Shown: positions 9,146 through 17,078, counted from the stretch's first letter. The stretch is 64,000 nt of DNA from Mycobacteriales bacterium (GCA_036267955.1 DATAVB010000086.1:817-64816); one strand, 5' to 3'. Program-made: numbers and translations. Notes: generated by a model not told the origin, from the letters alone.

Positions 9146-10522
9146 AAGAGAGGTTGGCAGTCGTACGGTGACCCGCAGGCCCGGCCCGGCGTCGCCCAGC
9201 GTCGCCGAGCCGCCGTGGGCCCGGACCAGGTCGCGGACGATGGCCAGGCCCAGGCCACTGCCGCCGGCGTCCCGGCTGCGGGCGTCGTCGAGGCGGGTGA
9301 ACCGGCCGAACACCCGCTCCCGATCTGCCTCGGCGATGCCCGGGCCGTCGTCGGCGACCGTCACCACGACCCGGCGACTGGACCCGGAGGTCGTCACGCT
9401 CACCTTGCCGGCGGCGTGCCGTACCGCGTTGTCCAGCAGGTTGCGCACCACCCGGCGCAGCCCGTCAGCGTCCCCGTCGACCGTCGTCGGCCCGTCCGCC
9501 GACACACTCACCGGCACGCGGGCGTGCTCGTACGATCGGGCGACCTCGCCCACCAGATCACCGAGATCCACCCGCGACCGGCGTTGCGGCCGGGCCGGCT
9601 CGTCCAGCCGGGCCAGCAGCAGCAGGTCGTCCACCAACCGGGACAGTCGGTCGATGTCGATCAGGGCGCCGTCGGCGGTGCGCGGCCAGTCGGCCCGCTC
9701 GCCGAGATGCTGCGCCACCTCGAGCTGGGTGCGCAGGCTCGCCAGCGGGCTGCGCAGCTCGTGCGCAGCGTCACCGATGAAGGCCCGCTGCCGGGCGCTC
9801 GCATCATCGAGCCGGGCCAGCATGTCGTTGAGCGTCAGCGCGAGCCGGTGCACCTCGTCCTGGCCGTCGGGCACCGGGAGGCGCCGGGACGCCGCCGCGC
9901 CGCTGATCTCCGCGGCGCCGCGGCGCAGGTCCTCCACCGGGCGCAGCGTCCGTCCGATCACCGCATAGGAAAGCAGCGCCAGCAGGATAACCAACACCGG
10001 GACGCCGATGAAGAATTCGTTGCGCAGCAGCCGGCTGCTCTCGCCGATGCTGCTGGCATCGACCGCGACCACGACGGTCGCCGGTTGCTTCTCCGAGCCG
10101 GACTGGACCCCGACGACCCGCAACATCCCGGTGACGCCGGCCCGATCGCCGTGCAGGTGCAGCACCCGGCCGGACCGGACCTGGGTCAGCTCACTGGGGG
10201 AGAGCAGCGGGACCAGATGATCGGCCGTCGCGCCGGCCGCGCCCACGACCCGGTCGTCCCCGTCGACGACCTGCACCACGACGATGTTGCCCCCACCGAC
10301 CGGGATCGGCTCCGGCGGTGGCATGCCCATGGCGGCCACGTCCCGGCCGGTGGTGCGCGCACCGCTGTCCAGCGCCGAGGTGAGGGAATGGCTGAGCAGC
10401 GCCACCATCAGTACGGCGCCAACCACCAGGCCGCCGGCCAGCAGCAGGGTCGCGGCGGCGGTGAGCCGGAGCCGCAGGCCGCGGGCCCGCCAACCGCCGG
10501 CCCGCCAGCCGGTCAGGGTCAT
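9134..10522 (-). CDS. Sensor histidine kinase (HAMP-HisKA-HATPase, OmpR-partner type)
   Basis: Two TM segments flank a periplasmic loop. The H-box is FIGDAAHELRSPL, with N box LLDNAVRHA and G boxes DDGPGI and GGSGLGLAIV. Confidence 0.9.
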   Translation of the reverse strand: MTLTGWRAGGWRARGLRLRLTAAATLLLAGGLVVGAVLMVALLSHSLTSALDSGARTTGRDVAAMGMPPPEPIPVGGGNIVVVQVVDGDDRVVGAAGATADHLVPLLSPSELTQVRSGRVLHLHGDRAGVTGMLRVVGVQSGSEKQPATVVVAVDASSIGESSRLLRNEFFIGVPVLVILLALLSYAVIGRTLRPVEDLRRGAAEISGAAASRRLPVPDGQDEVHRLALTLNDMLARLDDASARQRAFIGDAAHELRSPLASLRTQLEVAQHLGERADWPRTADGALIDIDRLSRLVDDLLLLARLDEPARPQRRSRVDLGDLVGEVARSYEHARVPVSVSADGPTTVDGDADGLRRVVRNLLDNAVRHAAGKVSVTTSGSSRRVVVTVADDGPGIAEADRERVFGRFTRLDDARSRDAGGSGLGLAIVRDLVRAHGGSATLGDAGPGLRVTVRLPTSLRRS

Positions 10523-10554
10523 GGCACCGTCCGGCCGGAGCTGTCAGCCACCGG

Positions 10555-11232
10555 TCAGCCGCCGTCCACGGCCAGCCGGTAGCCCGCGCCGCGGACGGTC
10601 TGCACCGCCTGCCGGCCGTACGGCGCATCGATCTTGCGGCGCAGGTAGCCGACGTAGACCTCGACCACGTTCGGATCACCGTCGTAGTGCGCATCCCAGA
10701 CGTGGGACAGGATCTCGGTCTTGGAGACGACGTCGCCGGCCCGCCGCAGCAGGAACTCCAGCAGGCCGAACTCCTTCGGGGTCAGCTCGATCGTCGTCTC
10801 GCCGCGGCAGACTCTGCGCGCGGCCGGGTCCAGGGACAGGTCACCGGCGGACAGTACGGCCGGCCGTGGCGGCGCGGTCCGGCGCATCAGCGCGCGCAGC
10901 CGGGCCACCAGCACGACGAAGGAGAACGGCTTGGTCAGGTAGTCATCGGCGCCCACGTCCAGCCCGTCGGCCTCGTCGTACTCGCCGTCCTTGGCCGTCA
11001 GCATCATGATCGGCACCCAGTTGCCGTCCGCCCGCAGCGCCTGCGCGACCCGGTAGCCGGACAGCCCGGGCAGCATGATGTCCAGCAGCATCGCGTCGTA
11101 GCTGTTCTCCCGGGCCAGGTGCAGCCCGTCCGGCCCGGTGTGCGCGATGTCGACGGAGAATCCCTCGGCGGCCAGGCCGGTGCGCAGGGCGTCGGCGAGC
11201 CGGACTTCGTCCTCGACGACGAGTACCCGCAC
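10555..11232 (-). CDS. Two-component response regulator, OmpR/PhoB family
   Basis: A receiver domain (MRVLVVEDE ... DAMLLDIMLPGLSG ... LTAKD) and a winged-helix output (ELTPKEFGLLEFLLRRAGDVVSK ... TVRGAGYRL) are present. Confidence 0.9.
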   Translation of the reverse strand: MRVLVVEDEVRLADALRTGLAAEGFSVDIAHTGPDGLHLARENSYDAMLLDIMLPGLSGYRVAQALRADGNWVPIMMLTAKDGEYDEADGLDVGADDYLTKPFSFVVLVARLRALMRRTAPPRPAVLSAGDLSLDPAARRVCRGETTIELTPKEFGLLEFLLRRAGDVVSKTEILSHVWDAHYDGDPNVVEVYVGYLRRKIDAPYGRQAVQTVRGAGYRLAVDGG

Positions 11233-11409
11233 GACGCCTCCTCTCCACCACCTCAGCCACCGAGCGGGCCGAGCGATCCACTGGCCGCAACCGTATCGTC
11301 GGAGGACGAGGCTGTGAGTCCGCTGAGAACGGACATCCTCTCAGCGTTGTCACAGCATGCCCGTCGCAGGATGGCACCACGAACGTAGACACGCACGTCA
11401 GCGAAATGG

Positions 11410-12537
11410 GTGATCAGGGTGGTTTCAGCACGATCATGGCGATGGGCAGCTCCCGTTGTGGTGGCCGTCGGTATCGGCTCGGGCATCGGCATCAACGGCG
11501 CCATGTCGGCTGACGCGTCGCCGACGTTGCCGGCGAAGACGCCGACCGCGCTGCTCAGTGAGGTACAGGGCGCCCACATTGACGGCTTCTCCGGCACGGT
11601 CGTCCAGCACGCCGATCTCGGCCTGCCGGACATCTCGACGCTCGGCGGGGGCCGCGGCAGCTCGGACCTGTCCTCGTTGATCACCGGCTCGCACACGATG
11701 CGGGTCTGGTACGACGGTCCGCAGAAGGTACGGCTGGCGCTGCTGGGCACGCTCGGTGAATCCGACCTGATCCGCAACGGCAGCAACCTGTGGAACTGGT
11801 CGAGCAAGAACAACTCGGTGACCCACTACGCGCTGCCGGCCGACGCCGGCAAGCAGGCCGAGAAGGCTCCGGCCGGCACCCCGCTGACCCCGCAGCAGGC
11901 CGCTGAGAAGGCACTGGCGGCGGTCAATCCGACGACCAGGGTGACCGTGTCGGGCACCGTCTCGGTGGCCGGACGTTCGGCGTACGAGCTGGTGATCGCG
12001 CCCCGCGACACGACGTCGCTGGTCGGCTCGGTGAAGATCGCCGTCGACTCCGCGACCCACGAACCGCTGCGCGTCCAGATCTTCGCCAAGGGTCACAGCA
12101 AGGCGGCCCTGGAGGTCGGATTCACCCAGATCAGCTTCACCAAGCCCGGTGCGGCCCAGTTCCAGTTCACGGCGCCGAAGGGCGCCACGGTGAAGCAGGG
12201 CAACCTCGGCGGTCTGGCCGGCGGGCACGGGTCGAAGCAGCACCCCGCGTCGCCGCCGAAGGCTAAGCACGCCGTGCCGAGCAAGGCCGGCGAGCCGGCC
12301 GTGGTCGGCACGGGCTGGTCGCAGGTGCTGGTGGTCAAGGACTTCACAATGCCGTCCGGAAAGTCCGCCGGCCAGTTCGGCAGTCTGCTGCACAACCTCC
12401 CGCAGGTCAGCGGCAGCTGGGGTAGCGGCCGGCTGTTCACCTCCTCGCTGATCAACGCGCTGATCACCGACGACGGCCGACTGGTCGTCGGCGCGGTCCC
12501 AGCCAACCAGCTGTACGCCGCCGCAGCGCACCGATGA
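11410..12537 (+). CDS. Secreted LolA-like / RseB-like fold protein (uncharacterised actinobacterial family)
   Basis: A Sec-type signal sequence (AAPVVVAVGIGSGIGINGAMSADA) is present. The N-terminal region resembles LolA-like proteins usually found next to ABC-2 exporters. The stop overlaps the next ATG (ATGA). Confidence 0.55.
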   Translation: MIRVVSARSWRWAAPVVVAVGIGSGIGINGAMSADASPTLPAKTPTALLSEVQGAHIDGFSGTVVQHADLGLPDISTLGGGRGSSDLSSLITGSHTMRVWYDGPQKVRLALLGTLGESDLIRNGSNLWNWSSKNNSVTHYALPADAGKQAEKAPAGTPLTPQQAAEKALAAVNPTTRVTVSGTVSVAGRSAYELVIAPRDTTSLVGSVKIAVDSATHEPLRVQIFAKGHSKAALEVGFTQISFTKPGAAQFQFTAPKGATVKQGNLGGLAGGHGSKQHPASPPKAKHAVPSKAGEPAVVGTGWSQVLVVKDFTMPSGKSAGQFGSLLHNLPQVSGSWGSGRLFTSSLINALITDDGRLVVGAVPANQLYAAAAHR

Positions 12538-13532
12538 CCACGGAAGTCGTGTCCTCGCAAGGCAGTACGGCGGGCAGCCGGGACCGGAGCACGGTCCAGG
12601 CTGCCCCGGCCGTGGCCACGACAGGGCTGACCAAGCGGTTCCGGGGCGGGCAGGTCGCGGTCAACGCCATCGACCTGGTGGTGCCCTCGCGCAGTGTGTA
12701 CGGCTTTCTGGGGCCCAACGGCTCGGGCAAGACGACCACGATCCGCATGCTGCTCGGGCTCATCTCGCCGACCGCGGGCACGCACGAGCTGTTCGGTCAG
12801 CCGATGCCCGGCCAGGCCGCACAGGTGCTGCCCCGGGTCGGAGCGCTGGTCGAGGGACCGGCGTTCCACCTGCACCTGAGCGGGCGGGCCAACCTGGCCC
12901 GAGTCGACGCGGCCGACCGGACGGCCGATCCGCGCACCGCCTCGGCCCGGATCGCCGAGGCGTTGGACCGGGTCGGGCTCTCGATCGCGGCGGGCAAGAA
13001 GGTCCGCAATTACTCCCTCGGCATGAAGCAGCGGCTCGGCATCGCCGCGGCGCTGCTGCAGCCGCGAGAGCTGCTGGTGCTCGACGAGCCGACCAACGGC
13101 CTGGATCCGCAGGGCACCCGCGAGGTGCGGTCGCTGATCAGCTCGCTGGCCGATGAGGGCACGACCGTGCTGATCTCCTCGCACCTGCTCTCCGAGGTCG
13201 AGCAGATCTGTACGCACGTCGGCGTCATGCACGCCGGCCGCCTCATCCGGCAGGGGCCGCTGGATGCCCTGCGGGAAGGGCAGACCGCCCAGGTGCAGGT
13301 GCACACGGCACAGCCGGCCGAGGCGGTCGCGGTGCTGGACCGGCTCGGTCTGGCGCACGTGACGCGGCAGGGCAGCGATGTCACCGCCGAGCTCGACGGC
13401 CGACCGCCGGAAGATATCTGTGCCGAGTTGGTCCGGGCCGGAGTCGGGATCCGCGGCTTCGTTGTCGACGCCCCCACCCTGGAGGACGTTTTCGTGTCAC
13501 TGACCGGGGAGGGTTTCGATGTCAGCGGTTGA
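12534..13532 (+). CDS. ABC transporter ATP-binding protein
   Basis: Walker A GPNGSGKTT, signature YSLGMKQRL and Walker B LLVLDEPTNGLD are present. Confidence 0.9.
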   Translation: MTTEVVSSQGSTAGSRDRSTVQAAPAVATTGLTKRFRGGQVAVNAIDLVVPSRSVYGFLGPNGSGKTTTIRMLLGLISPTAGTHELFGQPMPGQAAQVLPRVGALVEGPAFHLHLSGRANLARVDAADRTADPRTASARIAEALDRVGLSIAAGKKVRNYSLGMKQRLGIAAALLQPRELLVLDEPTNGLDPQGTREVRSLISSLADEGTTVLISSHLLSEVEQICTHVGVMHAGRLIRQGPLDALREGQTAQVQVHTAQPAEAVAVLDRLGLAHVTRQGSDVTAELDGRPPEDICAELVRAGVGIRGFVVDAPTLEDVFVSLTGEGFDVSG

Positions 13533-14391
13533 CGCGACAACCGCCGCACCGGCCGCCTCCGCGCGGCCGCTGCGGTCGGTGAGCAGCAGATTCTTCCGCT
13601 CGGAATTGGGAATGGTTTTCGGCCGGCGCCGCAACCAGGTCGCGTTGCTGGTGCTCGGCTGCGTGCCGATTCTGATCGCCATCGCGGTGAAGCTCTCCAC
13701 ACCGAAGCCGGGTGACGGCGGCCCGCAGTTCATCGCACAGATCACCCAGAACGGCGTCTTCGTGGCGTTCAGCACGCTGACCGTGGTGATTCCGATCTTC
13801 CTGCCGCTGGCGGTGGCCGTCGTCTCCGGTGACGCGGTCGCCGGGGAGGCCGGATCCGGGACGCTGCGCTACCTGCTGGTCGTTCCCGTGAGCCGGGCCC
13901 GGCTGTTGCTGGTGAAGTACGCCAGTACGTTGGTTTTCGCGCTCGCCGCGACCCTGCTCGTGTCGGGGGTGGGCGTGCTGATCGGATTGATTCTGTTCCC
14001 GCGCGGCTCCGCGACGCTGTTGTCCGGCTCCACCGTCGGAATGGGTGAGGTGCTCTGGCGCCTGCTCCTGTGCAGTCTGTACGTCGCGGCCGGAATGGCT
14101 GCCCTGGCGGCGATCGGGCTCTTCATCTCCACCCTGGTCGAGGCTTCTGTCGCCGCGATGGCAACCACGGCAGGGATAGCGATCGTGCTGCAGGTGCTCG
14201 ATTCGGTGCCCCAGCTGCACGCGATTCAGCCGTATCTGGTGAATCACTGGTGGCTGAGCTTCGGGGATCTGCTCCGATCTCCCATGGTGACAGGCGATGT
14301 GGTGCACGGGCTGCTCGTCTCGCTGGCCTATGTAGGGATATTCGGCTCCTTGAGTTGGGCCCGTTTCGGCGGCAAGGACGTGTCCAGCTGA
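13519..14391 (+). CDS. ABC-2 family transporter permease
   Basis: The product is a multi-TM hydrophobic protein. The gene overlaps the ATPase gene by 14 nt. Confidence 0.8.
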   Translation: MSAVDATTAAPAASARPLRSVSSRFFRSELGMVFGRRRNQVALLVLGCVPILIAIAVKLSTPKPGDGGPQFIAQITQNGVFVAFSTLTVVIPIFLPLAVAVVSGDAVAGEAGSGTLRYLLVVPVSRARLLLVKYASTLVFALAATLLVSGVGVLIGLILFPRGSATLLSGSTVGMGEVLWRLLLCSLYVAAGMAALAAIGLFISTLVEASVAAMATTAGIAIVLQVLDSVPQLHAIQPYLVNHWWLSFGDLLRSPMVTGDVVHGLLVSLAYVGIFGSLSWARFGGKDVSS

Positions 14392-14404
14392 TCCACAATA
14401 GACA

Positions 14405-14440
14405 GAAAGGGCGGCACCGGAATTCCGGTGCCGCCCTTTC
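14405..14440. terminator. Bidirectional intrinsic terminator hairpin
   Basis: A perfect 16-bp stem gaaagggcggcaccgg/ccggtgccgccctttc with an aatt loop is followed by a T-rich tract (tgattcttttctgg). It lies between convergent genes. Confidence 0.75.
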
Positions 14441-14460
14441 TGATTCTTTTCTGGCTCTGA

Positions 14461-15474
14461 TCAGTTGTTGTTCGAAACCCATTCGCCGGTCTGCGGGTCG
14501 ACCGCGTAATTGTTGGGAATGTCGTTCTCATCCGGAGTGGTGCCCGGGTCGGGGGTGAATTGGCCGCTGTCGGAAACCGAGTAGCCGCCCTTCCACTGCC
14601 CGTCCTGGCCCACCTCGACGTGGTCGGCGTGGCCGTCGCCGTCGAAGTCGGTCAGCAGGTAGGTCTTGCCGTCGGCCTCGACCACGGCGCTGTCGGCGTG
14701 GCCGTCCTGGTTGACGTCGATGGTCTCGGCGCCCTCGAAGTGCTGGCCGCCGGCGTCGATGCTGATCGTCCCCGCGGCGGTGCTCGCGGGCGGAACGCCG
14801 TCCGACCCGTCGCTGCCGTCGGCCGGGCCGGTGGTGGAGGAGGAATCACCGTCGCTGGACGTGTCGCTGGGGTAGCTGTCGCTGGAGGAGGAATCGCTGG
14901 AGGAGGTGTCGCTCGGGTAGCTGTCGCTGGACGACGAGTCGCCGGTCGTGCTGGTGGAATCGCCGGCCGGGTTGGAGTCGCTGCTGTCGCTGCCGGGCAC
15001 GCCGTCGTCGATCCACTCGCCGGTGGACTTGTCCTCGTGCTGGACGTCGATCACCTTGCCGTCGGAGCCGATGATCGCGGCGCCGTCGGCCTGACCGTCG
15101 TGGTCGGTGTCAACCGCCATGACCGTGTCGCCGTCGGGCAGCGAGATGCGGGCGACGGCGTCGCCGTCACTGTCGGTGGTGGCGGCCTCGGTGTAGGTGT
15201 GTCCGTCGACCGCGATAGAGACGGTCGAACTTCCGGTGGCCGACGATTCGCCACTCGACCCGCCGGCCGCGGACGAGCTGTCGTCGCTGGACGAGCTGTC
15301 TCCGTAGGAGTTGTCGCCGTAGTCGGAGTGATCCGACCCGCTGTCGTCATTGGCGACCATGCTGTAGTGGTCGTCCCCGGCGGTGTCGCCGAGGCCGCCG
15401 TCGTGATCGGCACCGAAGTTGTCCACGCTGGTGTCCGTACCGGCGTCAAAGGTGGTGTCGTGGTCGAATTCCAT
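14461..15474 (-). CDS. Hyper-acidic Asp/Ser/Gly/Thr-rich protein with DxDxDGxxD calcium-binding-type loops (paralog A, module order X-Y)
   Basis: The start is trimmed to MEFDHDTTF, with RBS GGGAGAT. The loops DTDHDGQAD, DVNQDGHAD and DFDGDGHAD are present. I found no hydrophobic segment and no signal peptide. The protein is paralogous to 15740-16597. Confidence 0.7.
   Translation of the reverse strand: MEFDHDTTFDAGTDTSVDNFGADHDGGLGDTAGDDHYSMVANDDSGSDHSDYGDNSYGDSSSSDDSSSAAGGSSGESSATGSSTVSIAVDGHTYTEAATTDSDGDAVARISLPDGDTVMAVDTDHDGQADGAAIIGSDGKVIDVQHEDKSTGEWIDDGVPGSDSSDSNPAGDSTSTTGDSSSSDSYPSDTSSSDSSSSDSYPSDTSSDGDSSSTTGPADGSDGSDGVPPASTAAGTISIDAGGQHFEGAETIDVNQDGHADSAVVEADGKTYLLTDFDGDGHADHVEVGQDGQWKGGYSVSDSGQFTPDPGTTPDENDIPNNYAVDPQTGEWVSNNN
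14861..14940. repeat. In-frame 45-nt tandem duplication inside paralog A (encodes SSSDSYPSDTSS x2)
   Basis: gtgtcgctggggtagctgtcgctgga... recurs at 14861 and 14906 with few substitutions. Confidence 0.7.
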
Positions 15475-15672
15475 GGTCGTTATCTCCCAGCAGTCAGCGT
15501 CGAGGTTCAGCAATCTGCGGCATACGCTAGGTCGTACGCCGGACCGGAAGCTTCCCGGATTCGTGCCATCGAATGCCTGTCCGTTCTGTGCACTGTAGTC
15601 GCTTCTGCGTCCGTGTCACGGGTTGTGTCACGGACGCTGTCGACGACGGTCCGGTAGTGCCGCAATGGAAGC

Positions 15673-15701
15673 GGGGCGGCACCGAATCTCGGTGCCGCCC
15701 C
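15673..15701 (-). terminator. Terminator hairpin downstream of paralog B
   Basis: A 12-bp perfect stem ggggcggcaccg/cggtgccgcccc with a 5-nt loop lies 39 nt after the stop of the 15740-16597 gene. Confidence 0.6.
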
Positions 15702-15739
15702 GGGTCTGGGGTGGGAGCAGCCAGGGGCTGTGGAAGGGC

Positions 15740-16597
15740 TCAGCTGCCGGACTGGGGCGGGCCGGCGTCGACCCACTCGCCGGTGCTCGGGTCGACGTAC
15801 TGCACATCGACGACCTGCCCGGTGGAGTCCTCGATCTCCGCCACGTCGGCCTGGCCGTCATGATTGGTGTCGCCCGCCAGCACGGTGTCGCCGTCAGAAA
15901 GATGCACCTGTGCAACGGCATTGCCGCTGCTGTCGTACTGCGCGGCCTCGGTGTACTCCTGACCGTCGACCTGGATCGAGACCGTCGGACCGTTCGTGCC
16001 GTCGGTGCCCGCTGCCGTGGTGCCCGCTGCCGTGGTGCCCGCTGCCGTGGTGGTCGTGTCGGTGGTCGTGTCGGTGGTCGTATCGGTGCCACCGGTCGCC
16101 TCGCGGTCCACCTCCCAATGGCCGTCGCCGTCGGATTCCGACACCGCGATGGGCTGGCCGCTGGCGTCGTATTCGATTGCGATATCGGCCTTTCCGTCAC
16201 CGTCGGAGTCGCCCACGAGGATCATTCCGTTTCCTTCATGGATCACGGCAGCGTCGAGGTGGCCGTCATGGTCGACGTCGATGGTGGCGGGCAGTTCGTA
16301 CTCCTGGCCGTTCACGTCAAGTTGGATTTCGCTTCCGGACGACGTCGTCGAGGTACCGGAGTCGCCGTTTGAGTCGCCACTGGAGTCGCCACTGGAGTCG
16401 CCACTGGAGTCATAGCCGGTGGTGCCCGCAGTGGCCGGGTCGTCCGATCCGGCGCCGGTTCCGGAGTCGTCGTTGGCGACCATCCCGTAGTGGCTGTCGT
16501 CGCCCGCGCTGAAGCCAGTCGAGTCGTCGGTCGCATCCAGCGGACCTTCGGCAGCTGGCTCGTCGACGGTGTCGAAGCTGCCGTCGTGTCCGTCCAT
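15740..16597 (-). CDS. Hyper-acidic DxDxDGxxD-loop protein (paralog B, module order Y-X)
   Basis: The start is trimmed to MDGHDGSFDTV, with RBS GGGAG. The loops DVDHDGHLD, DSDGDGKAD and DTNHDGQAD are present. It shares the N-terminal motif DDSHYGMVANDDSG and the C-terminal TGEWVD with paralog A. Confidence 0.7.
   Translation of the reverse strand: MDGHDGSFDTVDEPAAEGPLDATDDSTGFSAGDDSHYGMVANDDSGTGAGSDDPATAGTTGYDSSGDSSGDSSGDSNGDSGTSTTSSGSEIQLDVNGQEYELPATIDVDHDGHLDAAVIHEGNGMILVGDSDGDGKADIAIEYDASGQPIAVSESDGDGHWEVDREATGGTDTTTDTTTDTTTTAAGTTAAGTTAAGTDGTNGPTVSIQVDGQEYTEAAQYDSSGNAVAQVHLSDGDTVLAGDTNHDGQADVAEIEDSTGQVVDVQYVDPSTGEWVDAGPPQSGS
16004..16084. repeat. In-frame micro-tandem repeats in paralog B (15 nt x3 then 12 nt x3; encode TTDTTTDTTTDTTTTAAGTTAAGTTAAGT on the minus strand)
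   Basis: ggtgcccgctgccgt occurs three times (16004-16048), followed by ggtggtcgtgtc three times (16049-16084). Confidence 0.85.
16359..16406. repeat. 12-nt in-frame tandem repeat in paralog B (encodes SGDS repeats)
   Basis: gagtcgccactg occurs three times (16371-16406), preceded by a degenerate copy. Confidence 0.8.
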
Positions 16598-16785
16598 GGT
16601 GAACTCCCTAGTTGCGGTGACGTAAGGTTGCGGCCACGCTAAGCGGCTCACCCGCCGCGTTGTATCGCGGAATCGTGCCACCAGCAACGGATGAACAAGA
16701 CACCGGTGTCGTTAACCCGACACCGCACGCATCAGGGGATATCCGACCATAGTTCGTCGCGGTAGACCCCAGCTCTCGCGTTACT

Positions 16786-16811
16786 GCTTTGTCCGCTCTG
16801 CCGGACAAAGC
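16786..16811. promoter_or_regulatory. 10-bp inverted repeat in the divergent intergenic region upstream of the repeat-peptide ORF
   Basis: The arms are gctttgtccg and cggacaaagc with a 6-nt spacer, about 100 nt upstream of the ATG at 16911. Confidence 0.3.
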
Positions 16812-16910
16812 ACAGCTATTTCGGTCACTATTTCCTGGATGTGTGCCGAATCTCGGCTACTGCGGCATTATTTCCCTTGGCCGTTTTCTCTTTAGTGCAA
16901 GGAGCCCCCC

Positions 16911-17078
16911 ATGACCACCAACACCACCCCTGCCACCCAGTTCGTCTCAGCCGCAGACGGCAGCAGCTGGTATTCAGTTGCTGGCACTGACGGCTCGAGC
17001 TGGTATTCAGTTGCTGGCAGTGACGGTTCAAGCTGGTACTCGGTTGCTGGCAGTGACGGTTCGAGCTGGTACGTCTAA
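16911..17078 (+). CDS. Unannotated 55-aa ORF: leader-like N-terminus plus four tandem DGSSWYSVAG(T/S) repeats
   Basis: My translation is MTTNTTPATQFVSAADGSSWYSVAGTDGSSWYSVAGSDGSSWYSVAGSDGSSWYV*. An AAGGAG RBS lies 7 nt upstream. Seven of 8 codon differences between repeat units are synonymous, including AGC/TCG/TCA Ser switches. The ORF is below the 60-aa cut-off of the supplied track. Confidence 0.6.
   Translation: MTTNTTPATQFVSAADGSSWYSVAGTDGSSWYSVAGSDGSSWYSVAGSDGSSWYV

Noticed and set aside
15556-15568. TGGCAC box upstream of the acidic-protein genes as a sigma-54 (-24/-12) promoter
   Set aside because: The -12 TTGC element is absent at the required spacing, and Actinomycetota are not known to encode RpoN. 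I interpret it instead as a transcription-factor site.
14560-16512. Several 250-365-aa plus-strand ORFs (14560-15657, 15623-16372, 15730-16512)
   Set aside because: They are antisense or out-of-frame shadows of the two acidic-protein genes. They give Val/Gly/Ala/Arg-rich repetitive translations and lack RBS or start context.
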